Source: an uncultured bacterium (GTDB lineage: Bacteria; Krumholzibacteriota; Krumholzibacteriia; LZORAL124-64-63). Taken from it: a stretch of DNA of 64,000 nucleotides. Both the position numbers and the translations under genes were made by a program. The stretch lies in contig CAVSGO010000007.1 of the NCBI GenBank assembly GCA_963727525.1, forward strand, positions 2,272,001 to 2,336,000, read 5' to 3'. This document shows positions 19,150 through 29,801 of the stretch, piece by piece (positions within the stretch are counted from its first letter, which is position 1; each line of letters begins with the position of its first letter). The notes under the pieces were generated by a model. It saw only the letters and a program-made list of their open reading frames with translations, did not search any database and was not told where the DNA came from.

Positions 19150-21210
19150 ATGATCATCGTGGTAAGCCTCGCGCTCCTGTATGCGGCCGTCAGCCGGGCC
19201 GATACGCCCGTCAGCGGCAGCGTGTCCGGCACCTGGACGGCCTCGGGCTCGCCTTATGTCGTGGTCGGGTCAGTCACCGTGGACTCCGGTCTCACGCTCA
19301 CGATCGACGAGAGCGTCACGGTACTCTTCGGATCCAACGAGTCGATGACGGTCAACGGAACGCTCATCACCCACGGCATGCCCTCGCAGGGTGTGGTCTT
19401 CACCTCACCGGACTCGATCCCTGGGTCCTGGCTGGGTATCTATGCTCAGCAGGGCAGCGTCGTGGACATGAACAACACGGCCCTGCTCTGGGCGGGGCAA
19501 GGCACCGGGGCGTGTCTTGTCACCACCTCCGGCACGGCCGACTCCATCACGGTCCGGAATTCGTTCGTCCGGCATTCGGCCAACGACGGGATGCGCATCT
19601 CGGCCTTGCATATTTTTCTGGAGAACGTGACTGCCACCGACAACGCCGCCGATGGCATCGAACTCAATACCTTTTCCGAACCACCCCAACTGGACAATCT
19701 CCGCCTCGACCGTAACGGCGAGCGGGCGCTCGCCCTGGACAACAACCCCGGCAATCTCCCCGGCAACCTCAGCGGGTCCGGCAACGGCATCAACGGGGTG
19801 TACGTGGCCGGCAACCTCGGCGGGGGATCGGCGAGCGGGCGCTGGACCTGGCGGGCCAACCCAGGGTTCCCGGTGGTTTGCCAGACCATCAACGTGAGTT
19901 CCGACACCCTGGACGTCGAGGCCGGCGCCGTGATCAAGATGTACGACGCCAACTCGACCATTTCGATCCAGACCGACGGCGTCCTGCTCAGTGGATTGTC
20001 TCCAGCGGCGGTAAAATCGGGTACGAGCGGAGGGGACGTTTGGATCACTTCGCTCCTAGACGATCAGCACGGGGGCGATACAAACGGCGACGGGAGCGCG
20101 AGTGCGCCGTCGCCCGGTGACTGGTCAGCCGTTTTCGCACAGTCGAGTTCGACGCTTCACCTCGTCGACACCTGGTTCTCCTACGGAGGGCATTCGATTT
20201 ACGGGAACCTCACGACGACTTCGGGGCAAGCCACGGAGCTGACCTGGAGCGGCGGGGGTGCGGTCTTCAGCCTGAACGACGGCATTCGGATCAACGTCAA
20301 TTCCGCGACGGTCACCGGCGTTCGCTTCGCCGGCAACCTCGACGATGGTGTGCAGGTCGCCTCGGGCACGGGGGCCACGTTCGCGGGCTGCGACATCCTG
20401 GACAACGAATCCGACGGCATGCGCTGGGGCGGCGGACCGGTGGTGCTCGCGCAGGGCAACTGGTGGGGTGACCCGTCGGGTCCGCAGCATCCGACGCTCA
20501 ATCCCGGCGGCCTGGGCAATCCGGTCTCGGACAACGTCGATTTCGGGAACTGGGCTACATCCGCGTTTACGAACGCCGGACCCGACGATTTCCTGCTCAC
20601 GGCACCGGCAGACGGCGCCACGCTGGATCTGGCCGCCACCGGAAACGACTCGGTGCGGTTTACCTGGAATGCGGCGATCGATCCCGACGGCGATGACCTG
20701 ACCTACGAGCTCGCCGTGAACGCGACGCCGACGTTCGATCCAGGAAGTGAGGTTTTCCACGCGTCGGGCCTGACCTCGACATCGCAGTGGGCGACAGGCT
20801 TCGCGCCGAACTCCACGTACTACTGGTGCGTCAGCGCCACGGACGGTCTGGTCTCGCGGTCCTCGACGCCAGCCTTTGCGGCCTTCTCCACCGCACCGGA
20901 TTCTAGCCTGGTCCCGGTCGTGGCCTTCCCCAGCGCCTTCACTGTAGGGCACCCTGCCCCGAATCCCTTCACGTCCCATTCGCAAATCGCGTTCGCCTTG
21001 CCTACGAGCGAACGTGTGAGCGTCAGGATCTACGATCTCCGGGGACGCCTCGTGAAGACGCTCCTGGACGGTGTGCAGTCCAGCGGCCGGCAATTCGTGA
21101 TCTGGGACGGCCGTGACCACGCCGGCCAGAAGGTCGCCTCCGGCGTGTACTTTGCGCACGTGGTTTCGCGGCAGGGCGCGCGAGTCCGGCGGCTGTTGGT
21201 CGTACGCTAG
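19150..21210 (+). CDS. Secreted right-handed beta-helix protein with FnIII-like and FlgD/T9SS-like C-terminal domains
   Basis: 'VSGTWTASGSPY...G.TLTI', 'GNWWGDPSGP', 'WNAAIDPDGDDLTY'; PNPF...WDGRD...SGVYF...RLLVVR tail. Start 19114 or 19150. Confidence 0.85.
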   Translation: MIIVVSLALLYAAVSRADTPVSGSVSGTWTASGSPYVVVGSVTVDSGLTLTIDESVTVLFGSNESMTVNGTLITHGMPSQGVVFTSPDSIPGSWLGIYAQQGSVVDMNNTALLWAGQGTGACLVTTSGTADSITVRNSFVRHSANDGMRISALHIFLENVTATDNAADGIELNTFSEPPQLDNLRLDRNGERALALDNNPGNLPGNLSGSGNGINGVYVAGNLGGGSASGRWTWRANPGFPVVCQTINVSSDTLDVEAGAVIKMYDANSTISIQTDGVLLSGLSPAAVKSGTSGGDVWITSLLDDQHGGDTNGDGSASAPSPGDWSAVFAQSSSTLHLVDTWFSYGGHSIYGNLTTTSGQATELTWSGGGAVFSLNDGIRINVNSATVTGVRFAGNLDDGVQVASGTGATFAGCDILDNESDGMRWGGGPVVLAQGNWWGDPSGPQHPTLNPGGLGNPVSDNVDFGNWATSAFTNAGPDDFLLTAPADGATLDLAATGNDSVRFTWNAAIDPDGDDLTYELAVNATPTFDPGSEVFHASGLTSTSQWATGFAPNSTYYWCVSATDGLVSRSSTPAFAAFSTAPDSSLVPVVAFPSAFTVGHPAPNPFTSHSQIAFALPTSERVSVRIYDLRGRLVKTLLDGVQSSGRQFVIWDGRDHAGQKVASGVYFAHVVSRQGARVRRLLVVR

Positions 21211-21582
21211 GCTAATGGTTGGCAGTTGCTTCGATCCGGTACGGCCCAGAAGTTGGCCGTCCGGGCCAAGGCAACCACTCTGTCTGGCGACGGCCGCGGA
21301 CCAATTCAGAATCACCGATTGAGCCGAGATCGCCGTGTCGCCCGGGCGATCGGCACTGAATATCGCCGCCAATCTCATCTTACCGGCGTCAGCAAACCCG
21401 TGAGCGCCAAATTACAAGACCGATCGCGTGGCAGATCGAGTGTTGACTATGCGCCGGTCATGGTCTCCGGTGAGATCGCTGCAACCCAAAAGACATCCTC
21501 GCCGACCCTCGAACCTCGGCGACGGATCCATGGTATGATCGTGTCCGCTCCGTCGTACGCAGCCCATTCCGGAGGTCAGGCC

Positions 21583-23136
21583 TTGAAGCGCTCTTTCCTG
21601 TCGGCATCGGTCGCGCTCGTCATCCTCGCCGGCGCCGACCTCGTTTGCGCCGGGACCCGCAACGGCGCCGATGGCCCGCTTGGCCATTGGCCGGACTTCA
21701 CGCCGCTCGGCACCATCACCGCGCCTCACCCCGACAATCCCGATCAGCAGACCCCTCTCTACGGCGACTGGGGAGGGATCGTCGGCGAGGAATTCCTCTT
21801 CCTGCAGGATGGTCTGCTCAAGCTGCTTTACCACAGTTACCACGAGACATATCTGACCGAGCACCCATACCAGCAGGAGATCCTGCACGACTGGGCGCTC
21901 GGTTACGATCCCGTGACCAGGATCAAGTACCCGCCGCTGGTGAGGCCGGGAGGCCCCGTGCCCGGGCCGGCGTGGGAACACACCGACACGCCAGGCTACC
22001 TGCAGCACCCGCTGACCGGAGAACACCTGCTCTACAACACGGTCCGGCCGGGAACGGTCTACCTGCATCCCGAGTGGAACGGCCTACCGGGCTGGGAGGG
22101 AGCGATCCAGGTCGCCACCAGCGCGACGCCGCCGGCGATCGGCCGACCGTTCACGCAGACCTACGAGAATGCGCTGGTCGCCGAGCTGTGGTGGGAGCAG
22201 GGCTGGAACCAGAACGGAGTCATCAAGGGCGGTCTGTCCGAACCGACGCCGGTCTGGGTGCCGCACCTCGGCGAGCACGGTATGGTGCGACTGTTCTACC
22301 GCGGCCTCCACGGCTCGACCACCGGCTACTGGAACTGGCGCATCTCCTACGCGGACAGCGAGGACGGAATGACCGGCTGGATCAAGCACGAGACCCCCAC
22401 CTTCGACCCCGCGGATCCCGCGAACCCCGCCTACCGCTGGACCCTGCCGCCGCCCGACGGCTTCGGCTTCCGCGGTGCCTGGCAGGCACACTGCACCGGC
22501 GACGTGCGCGCGGACGGCGTCCACATGGTGCTGTGCGTCTCCAACCAGAACTACGCCCTCGGCGGCCGCATTGCCTACTACTGGTCGCCCGACTGGGGCG
22601 ACACCTGGTATGGCCATCCCGACAATCCGATCATCGTGCCCGGCACCGACCCCGACGGCGTGCCCGCCACCGGCTTCCAGCGGACGCCCACGTTGATGAT
22701 CGACGAGGAGTACCACCGCTACATCCTGGCCTACAACGCGGGCTGGAATGCCGAGTCGCCGGCGCATCGGGTGACTATGATCGCGGTCGCCGACCGACCC
22801 GCGGCCACGCCGACGACGGTGGACGCCGGGCCCGACGCAGTCGCCGCCTTTGCAATCTCTGCGATCGCCACCGGCCCCGGCCAAGGCGGTGCGCAGTTCC
22901 GCCTCACGGTGCCGGCAGCGGGGTACCTTCAGGTCGCAGTCTATAGCATCGACGGGCACCGGGTCGCCGGCCTCGCCGACCGGCGCGTCTCCCCCGGCGC
23001 ATCGACCGTGGCGTGGGACCGGCGGACGAAAGCCGGTGCACCGGCGCCGTCCGGGGTCTACCTCGTGCGAGGAATGCTGACAATGACCGGCCAACCTGCG
23101 GCGGTCGCGGTGGCACGCATCGTCGTCGTCCGCTGA
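21583..23136 (+). CDS. Secreted five-bladed beta-propeller glycoside-hydrolase-like protein with FlgD-like C-terminal domain
   Basis: TTG start after GGAGG; signal peptide; 'ISYADSEDG..W.K...P' and 'WSPDWGDTW..HPDNPII' blades; degenerate tail YSIDGHRV...WDRRT...SGVY. Confidence 0.65.
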   Translation: MKRSFLSASVALVILAGADLVCAGTRNGADGPLGHWPDFTPLGTITAPHPDNPDQQTPLYGDWGGIVGEEFLFLQDGLLKLLYHSYHETYLTEHPYQQEILHDWALGYDPVTRIKYPPLVRPGGPVPGPAWEHTDTPGYLQHPLTGEHLLYNTVRPGTVYLHPEWNGLPGWEGAIQVATSATPPAIGRPFTQTYENALVAELWWEQGWNQNGVIKGGLSEPTPVWVPHLGEHGMVRLFYRGLHGSTTGYWNWRISYADSEDGMTGWIKHETPTFDPADPANPAYRWTLPPPDGFGFRGAWQAHCTGDVRADGVHMVLCVSNQNYALGGRIAYYWSPDWGDTWYGHPDNPIIVPGTDPDGVPATGFQRTPTLMIDEEYHRYILAYNAGWNAESPAHRVTMIAVADRPAATPTTVDAGPDAVAAFAISAIATGPGQGGAQFRLTVPAAGYLQVAVYSIDGHRVAGLADRRVSPGASTVAWDRRTKAGAPAPSGVYLVRGMLTMTGQPAAVAVARIVVVR

Positions 23137-23253
23137 TCCGGCAGTGCAGCACCGAGCGGCTGGCGATCGTCCTGGACGGCGGGGTTTGGCGCGCATGATG
23201 CCGCGGGGAGCGCCGGGACCCATCTCGTGTCGCGGTGAGTCTCGCAGGTAAAG

Positions 23254-23281
23254 GCAGGGGGGCACCGGCGGTACCCCCTGC
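23254..23281. terminator. Hairpin between convergent genes
   Basis: GCAGGGGGGCACC-ggc-GGTACCCCCTGC. Confidence 0.4.
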
Positions 23282-23405
23282 GACGGATCACAACCTAGCG
23301 CGCGAACGACGCCTTGACGTCACTCCACGTCGCGGGCTCGACGGCCACGGTGCCGTCGACGTAGGTGCGGAACCCGTAGTCTATCGAGACGTCACCCGGC
23401 GTGCG

Positions 23406-26400
23406 TCACTTCGCCAGTACCATCTTGCGCACCGCCGCGCCATCGGCCGTCACGAGGCGGACCACGTACACGCCCGACGCGACGGTGCGGCCCCGCGCAT
23501 CGGTCCCGTCCCAGATCACGTCGTGCGCGCCGACCGCGAGTTCACCCTCCACGAGTCGTCGCACCCGCTTACCGTCGGTGGCGAAGACGTCGAGGGTCAC
23601 GGGCATGGCGCGCGGTAGCGTGAAGGCGATCGCCGTCGTCGGGTTGAATGGGTTCGGGTAATTGCCGCGCAGGACGACCGCGTCGGGCACCTGGTCGCCG
23701 ACGTCCGTCGACGTGCTCACCGTCAGCGCGATCGGGATGGGGAAAACCTCGCCGGTGCTCGTCGCAACGCGCAACACCGCCTCGTAGGTACCCACGGCGA
23801 GGGTCGCCGCCTGCAACGTGATCGTCACGGCGTCCTCGGTGCCGGCCGCCACGAAGCCGACCGTTTCGGCCAGTTGCACCCAGCTCACGTCGCGCCCGAC
23901 GGTGAACACGCCACTCGTGTCGGCCACGCTGGCGTTTTGGGCATCGCGGATACGAATCCGCGCATACGGTCCCGGGTCGCCCGTCACGAGCCACGTCCAG
24001 CTTCCGGCCGCAGCGTCGACGTCCGTGGCCACATCGGTCCAGGCTCCACCCATGTCGCGTTGCAAGGCGATGTCCACCAGGCCCGACGTATTCCCCGCCA
24101 CGAAGGTGACCGGCAGCTCCTGCCCGATGACCGCCACCGCCCCCTCGGTGGGGGTGTGAAGGGCGACGTACGGCTGGTCGCTGGCCAGGATGACGGAACC
24201 CAGGACCTGATCGGGATCACCGAAGAGGCCGACGTCCTCGAGGACATACTCGAACACGAGGTCACCCACGATATCAGGAGCGAAGGTCAGATTCACCGTG
24301 GCGGTCGCGGTGGTTCCCGCCGCGATGTAATAGAGGAATTCCCCGCCCAACCCGTCCCACGTGGTCAGGACCCCGGAACCCGCCGGGCCGAGCCAGGGAA
24401 GAACGCTGCTACCAGCGTTCATCAGGTCGGTGGCCGTGTTCAGCGTCACGCCGGGCGGGCACTGGAGACGGACCAGCGATAGCAGCGGCAACCAGCTCGA
24501 CCCCTCCGCGTGGACGCTCACCATGATGTCTGCGGTGGTGCCCGGATCGTAATTCGTGGTGTCAAACGTCAGGGTGGAGCCCTGGATGTCGGGCGGCAAC
24601 GGGGTCGCGGTCCGACGCACCACGGCGGGTGGCAAGGTTGCCGGATCCACCACGTCGATCGTGTAGCCGAGTACCGAACCGGCAACGCCGGTGTTGGAGA
24701 TGTGCAGCGTGCGCGTCACCTGGCCGCCCGGCGGCGTCGTGGCTTCGATGGTCGACGGGGTCACGCTTGCGGTCGGTATGGCGACGGCGCCGATCGGCTC
24801 GAAGCGGATGGCGCGGCCGGCCGCGAGCGGCGCCGCGCCGGCGGCGTACTGGTTCCAGTAGGTGTAGAGCAGGCCGCCGGTTCGATCATTGTTCTGGAGG
24901 CCGACGGTGGCGAATCCGTCGCGCGAGTCGGTATTGTTGACCTGCTCGTACTGCAGGATGATCGCGCCGTCACCCGTCGCTGTGGGGTGCCACACGGGAT
25001 CGAGCAGGATGATCTCGAAGTTCTGCATCGCGCCGGAAAAGTCGTTGTTCAGGTGGTACCACTGCACGATGAAGCGGCGATTCACCTCGTCGTGATACGT
25101 GTAGATCTGCGCGGCGCCGAGCTGGTAGAGGTCGTCCCAGAACGCGGCGATCAGGCTGCCCGGGCAGTCCGCGCCGGGTAGGGCGGTGTTACGGTAATTC
25201 ACGAGCGGCGTCTCGCCCATCGCGAGCCAGCCGTTGGAGCAGATCGATACGCGATCGAAATCGACGCCGTAGAATCGGAAGGTGAACGGCAGGTCGATGG
25301 TGCGCGTGTCGTCCTGCTCGAAGCCATGGTCGGTCAGTTCCAGCGGTACACCCTGGCCGCCGTCGTTGGGGTCGAGGGCCACCCAGTCGAACACCGGCGC
25401 ATGGCCGCTCGCGACATCGGTGTCGTCGAAGGCGTAGTAGCCACCGGCCCCCGGGCCGGTGGGCGCGTCGGTCGCGGCGGTGCCCACGGTCACCGGGACT
25501 TCGGCAGTGGTCCGCCCGCCGGCGCCATCGTCGAGCGTCAGGTGCAGCACCGCAAGGTGTCCGGGGAAGCATTCCGCCGCGATCGACACGGCAAACGGAT
25601 CGAGGGCGTTGTCGGCCGTGCTGCCCGCATCGATCGCGCCGTAGACCGCCGCGGGATCCGTGATCTGCAGCCACGGGCTGTCGGTGGCGAGGGTGGCCGT
25701 CACGTTCGCGGCGTCGAGGCTGCCGTCGTTGGCGAGGGTGATGACGAGCGACCCCGACTGGCCGGGTTCGAACGTGGCGCCCGCGCTCCACACGAGCCCA
25801 CTGACGCCAAAGGCCGCCGCATGCACCGTCACCTGGACCACCTCCATCCACACGTCGCTGCCGCTCGCAAGCTGCAGCGGCCACGACACCACGGTGCCAT
25901 CGGGCGCCGCGGCGTCCACGGCAACGGTGGCGGGCGTCGTAGCCCACACCGTGGCGCCGGGCGCCACGTCGCCGAAACTCAAGGCGCCGGCCATGACGCT
26001 GCCCCACGGGTCTCCACCCTCGAGCTGGCCCGTCACGGCCGTGGCCGTCTGCGTGCCGTGGTTGGTGATGGCCAGGGCGAGCGTCACCGTCTCACCGGGG
26101 TTGAGCTGACCGTCGCCGTTGCCGGCGCTGTCGTCGAGGGTACGATCGGCGAGGACGCAGGCGACGTCGACCACGCCTACCGAGAGGCTGCCGCGGTACG
26201 GCAACAGGCCGTCGCCGGTGACTGTCACGGCGCAGGTGCCCGCAGTGAGCGGCGGCGTGACCAGGGTCACCGCACCCGTGGCGTCGGTGACGCCCGACAC
26301 TTGCACCTCACCGTCACGGAACAGGCAGACCCGTGCGCCGGCGACCGGCGTCGAGCTGTCGAGCACGGCGACCGTCACGGCACCCGTCGCCACCGACACC

Positions 26401-28163
26401 TGGGCCGGGTGCTCGACGGTGAGCACGCGCGGCACGCTCAGCCAGATCGCGGTGGCCGGGTCGCCCATCAGGTTGTTCCACACGGCCCAGATCTCCGCAT
26501 TGTCGGGCTCGGCCAGATAGTAGTTGGTGTACAACTCCAGCTTGCCGGAGGTGTGCGCCGCCCCGATGTGCGGATTGTCATGGTTCAGCAGCCCGTTCCA
26601 GGCACCGACGTAATAGCAGTTGTTATAGCGCGTGTGGGTGCCGAGGGTGGCGGTCGCGATCGCGGCCACCGCGCCGCCATTGGGGGCACGTAAGAAGGCC
26701 TCGGAGCGGCAAACCGTGGAACCGGCGAAGGATCCGGTGTCGCAGGTCGGTAAGATCGCGACGGGCAGACGGGCGCCATTCTCTAGAGCGTTGATCAGGC
26801 CGGTGGAGATGCCGCTCATGTCGAAGAAGCCGCGATAGCCGAACAGGCTCTTACCCCGGTTCAGCGACGAGTAGAAGAACCCGGAAAAATCACCGCTCCA
26901 GGCGGTGTCGACGGCCGTGTAGCCATGGGCCTGGAGCTGCCCCTTGAGCCACTGATTGACGTAGATGGTGGTGATGCCCGACGAGGCGGGGTCACCGATG
27001 AGGCTGGCCTCGGTGAACCAGGCCGTGTCGTCCATGGGTGGCGCTGTCTCGTAGCCGACGATCTTGGCCACGATCCGGTCGAGCATCGCGAGATCGTCGA
27101 AGGTGATGCGCCCGATGTGAGCGTCGGGCAGGATGTCGTCGCCATCGAGGAAGGTGTAGTAGTTGTCGCCTTCGCCGGCGTACCCCGACAGCGACTCGTG
27201 CCAGGTCGGCACGGCCCAGGTGCCGTACGTGTCGCCGGCGATCAGCACGTCGGTGAGTGGCGGCAGGTCGGGGTCGTCATACAGGGACTGAAGCTGCGCC
27301 TTGACGTCCGTGTTCGGACCCGGTCCGTGGATGATCTCAACGTGGTACCCCTGTTGCCGGCGCCAGGCGATGAGCGGCTGCAGATGGTCGAGCGCCGTCT
27401 GGTAGCCGTACACGAGGGCCCAGGTGCCCGGGCTGTCACCGGGCGCGGCGACACTGCGGTCGTCGGGCACGCCGAGCACCGCAGCGGGCAGCTGGCCGAT
27501 CAGCGCCTCGTTGGGCGCATGTCGCCGGCTTGCCGGTGCGGTCACGCCATCGCGCGCGTCGAAGCGCAGCTCGATCTCGACGCGGTTCGCCACCACGAGT
27601 CTCCCGCTCACCGGGTCGTAGGCCACGGGGATCACGTTCAACGGTACCACCGCCTGGCCCGCCAGCAGCTGCGGGGCGCCGACCACCACCGTCGGTCCGC
27701 CGTCTGTGCCCAGCTGCGTCACCCCGGCCGCCGTCGTCACGGGTGTCCAGCCGGGGCGGGCGTAGGCGGTCGTATCCAGCGCGAACCGGGTCGCGCTGGC
27801 GGGCTGCACCGGTAGCAGACGTCCGGCCGGCAGCTCGTGAGTCGTCGCCTTCACGACCCGTGCCCCCACGCGCGCTCCCGCCGGCACCGCCACGAGGCGC
27901 CCCACCGAGGGTAAGCCCGGCGTTCCGGGCGCGCCCACGAGACCGGCGCGATCGAGGCTCAGCGTCACGTACGGGGTCCCGTCCAGCTCGACGACCTCGC
28001 GCTGCAGATCCGGGATGACGACCTCGAGCCGCAGCGACGTCCCATTGCGCGCGAGGATGCGCCACATGGCGTCACCCGCCGCGGGTGCGGCGTCGGACGG
28101 CTGGACGAGGAGGAGCAAAAAAAGGACGGAAGGCATCGTCTTGAAGGCGCCACGACGGAGCAT
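23406..28163 (-). CDS. Peptidase C25 (gingipain-like) protein: propeptide, C25 domain, Ig-like repeats and FlgD/T9SS-like C-terminal domain
   Basis: Propeptide 'GxPGLP...VAVP'; 'WRRQQGY', 'DNYY..LDGDD.LPD..IGR', 'KIV.YE', 'TCDTG.F...SEAFL', 'NLMGDP'; NYPNPFNP...KMVLAK tail; AAGGAG RBS. Confidence 0.9.
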   Translation of the reverse strand: MLRRGAFKTMPSVLFLLLLVQPSDAAPAAGDAMWRILARNGTSLRLEVVIPDLQREVVELDGTPYVTLSLDRAGLVGAPGTPGLPSVGRLVAVPAGARVGARVVKATTHELPAGRLLPVQPASATRFALDTTAYARPGWTPVTTAAGVTQLGTDGGPTVVVGAPQLLAGQAVVPLNVIPVAYDPVSGRLVVANRVEIELRFDARDGVTAPASRRHAPNEALIGQLPAAVLGVPDDRSVAAPGDSPGTWALVYGYQTALDHLQPLIAWRRQQGYHVEIIHGPGPNTDVKAQLQSLYDDPDLPPLTDVLIAGDTYGTWAVPTWHESLSGYAGEGDNYYTFLDGDDILPDAHIGRITFDDLAMLDRIVAKIVGYETAPPMDDTAWFTEASLIGDPASSGITTIYVNQWLKGQLQAHGYTAVDTAWSGDFSGFFYSSLNRGKSLFGYRGFFDMSGISTGLINALENGARLPVAILPTCDTGSFAGSTVCRSEAFLRAPNGGAVAAIATATLGTHTRYNNCYYVGAWNGLLNHDNPHIGAAHTSGKLELYTNYYLAEPDNAEIWAVWNNLMGDPATAIWLSVPRVLTVEHPAQVSVATGAVTVAVLDSSTPVAGARVCLFRDGEVQVSGVTDATGAVTLVTPPLTAGTCAVTVTGDGLLPYRGSLSVGVVDVACVLADRTLDDSAGNGDGQLNPGETVTLALAITNHGTQTATAVTGQLEGGDPWGSVMAGALSFGDVAPGATVWATTPATVAVDAAAPDGTVVSWPLQLASGSDVWMEVVQVTVHAAAFGVSGLVWSAGATFEPGQSGSLVITLANDGSLDAANVTATLATDSPWLQITDPAAVYGAIDAGSTADNALDPFAVSIAAECFPGHLAVLHLTLDDGAGGRTTAEVPVTVGTAATDAPTGPGAGGYYAFDDTDVASGHAPVFDWVALDPNDGGQGVPLELTDHGFEQDDTRTIDLPFTFRFYGVDFDRVSICSNGWLAMGETPLVNYRNTALPGADCPGSLIAAFWDDLYQLGAAQIYTYHDEVNRRFIVQWYHLNNDFSGAMQNFEIILLDPVWHPTATGDGAIILQYEQVNNTDSRDGFATVGLQNNDRTGGLLYTYWNQYAAGAAPLAAGRAIRFEPIGAVAIPTASVTPSTIEATTPPGGQVTRTLHISNTGVAGSVLGYTIDVVDPATLPPAVVRRTATPLPPDIQGSTLTFDTTNYDPGTTADIMVSVHAEGSSWLPLLSLVRLQCPPGVTLNTATDLMNAGSSVLPWLGPAGSGVLTTWDGLGGEFLYYIAAGTTATATVNLTFAPDIVGDLVFEYVLEDVGLFGDPDQVLGSVILASDQPYVALHTPTEGAVAVIGQELPVTFVAGNTSGLVDIALQRDMGGAWTDVATDVDAAAGSWTWLVTGDPGPYARIRIRDAQNASVADTSGVFTVGRDVSWVQLAETVGFVAAGTEDAVTITLQAATLAVGTYEAVLRVATSTGEVFPIPIALTVSTSTDVGDQVPDAVVLRGNYPNPFNPTTAIAFTLPRAMPVTLDVFATDGKRVRRLVEGELAVGAHDVIWDGTDARGRTVASGVYVVRLVTADGAAVRKMVLAK

Positions 28164-28409
28164 GGGAGGACTCCTTTGAATCAATGCTGTCTATATTGAC
28201 TAATAATACAGAAGTCGGCGCTATCGAGGCAATTCCCGATCAATGCGCTTTCCGGTCGGCGACGGCTCGTCCCGGATCACCGGACCACTCGGTTGCGCGA
28301 ACTCCAGTTCTCCCGGTCGAGGGCATGCAGCACCGCACCGGTGGGGCCGGCCGCGTGCGTGACCGCGGCGCGTAGCTTGGCCCCCGGCGCCAGCACACCC
28401 TCCCGTCGT

Positions 28410-29612
28410 TCATGGGCGGCTCTCCGGCATCGTGAAGACGAACACGTTGAACGAAGCGAAGCGGTGTGAACCGTAAGCGATACGCGTCGCATCGGGCGAC
28501 CAGCGCGGCCCGTACTCCGGATCCGGCGTGCTGATGAGCGACGCCTTGTGCGAGCCGTCCGTGTCCATGATCCAGATGTCGCGGGAATTGTCGCTGCGCT
28601 CGTAGACGATCTTGCCGTTCACGCCCCAGTCGGCCCAGCCGCCCGTCTCGGGGTCGGTGGAGAGGGCGGTGCGGTCGGCGCCCGGTATCGTGGTCGTCTT
28701 GAAGATCTGTGTAGCCACTCCCACGAAGTCCACGAAGACGATAGCGTCGCCGTCGTTCGGATTGAACCGAGGATTGGCGCCCGTCGTCAGTTCAGAGACC
28801 GCACCGCCGGAGTGCAGGAGCCGGATGACGAACGTCCCGATGTCGTTCTCGGAGCTATAGGCCAGGGTCACGCCGCCGGAGACGTCGCGCGACCATGCGG
28901 GCGTGCGATCCAGATAGCTCTGCATGGCAATGTCGGGAGCAATGTGCATCATGCTCGAGAAGTCCGGTGCGGCGACCCAGATCTCGTAGTCTCCATCCGT
29001 GTTGCCCGATCCCGTCGAGTTACTGCCGAAGGCGACGAACCCGGACTGGAAGTTGATGTCCGGCCAGTTCTCGTCGTACAGCGTGTTCGTCACGCGGATC
29101 GGCGCACCGCCAGTGGACGCGACGCGGAAGAGCTCGTACTGACCGTCCACGCGCTCGGTGTAGTAGATCCACGCGCCGTCGGCGGACCACGTCGGCTCAC
29201 CGGCTCCGCTCCCCGACTGCGTGTCGGTGAGCTGGATAACGCCCGGCTCCCAGACGAGGACGCTTCCCGCGGTAATGGAGTCGCCGCCAATCTCGACATC
29301 GACGGCCGCCGGGTTGGCCGCGACGTCGGGCATCACGGCGATGATCTCGTCGTCGGCCCAGCTCGTGATCGTCGCCATCTGGCCACCGATACGAACAACC
29401 CCGACCGCACGTGCCGTGCCGAAGCCACTGCCGGTGATCGTCACGAATGCACCCGGCCCGGCACCGAAGGGATACACGGCGGATATCATCGGTCCACCGC
29501 CTCCGCCACCAGCGTTACCGGAGTCGGTGGGGGAGTCGCCGCAGCCGCTGAGGAGTGCGGCAAACAAGATTGCGCCGGGGAGAATGACGTTCCAAGCGAT
29601 GCGTAGGTGCAT
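28410..29612 (-). CDS. Lipoprotein with IPT/TIG domain and TolB-like (PD40) beta-propeller
   Basis: Lipobox LSGC; 'VTITGSGFG...ITSWAD' IPT domain; 'PTWSADG' and 'PRWSPDATRIAY' repeats. Confidence 0.85.
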   Translation of the reverse strand: MHLRIAWNVILPGAILFAALLSGCGDSPTDSGNAGGGGGGPMISAVYPFGAGPGAFVTITGSGFGTARAVGVVRIGGQMATITSWADDEIIAVMPDVAANPAAVDVEIGGDSITAGSVLVWEPGVIQLTDTQSGSGAGEPTWSADGAWIYYTERVDGQYELFRVASTGGAPIRVTNTLYDENWPDINFQSGFVAFGSNSTGSGNTDGDYEIWVAAPDFSSMMHIAPDIAMQSYLDRTPAWSRDVSGGVTLAYSSENDIGTFVIRLLHSGGAVSELTTGANPRFNPNDGDAIVFVDFVGVATQIFKTTTIPGADRTALSTDPETGGWADWGVNGKIVYERSDNSRDIWIMDTDGSHKASLISTPDPEYGPRWSPDATRIAYGSHRFASFNVFVFTMPESRP

Positions 29613-29801
29613 CGAGCTCACCTCCAGTTAGTGGGTCTTCTCCAGTGGATGGCCGCGGTGCTGCAAGAGTAGGAGGCATCTTGGGGCATGGCGTCCGCTC
29701 TCCACATCCGCCCCTCTCACCCGCCCCCCATCCACAGCCGGAGGCTCTGCCTGATTCCTTGCCTTCCCGGCGCGCGCCATCGGCACGTCGTCGGCCATCG
29801 A

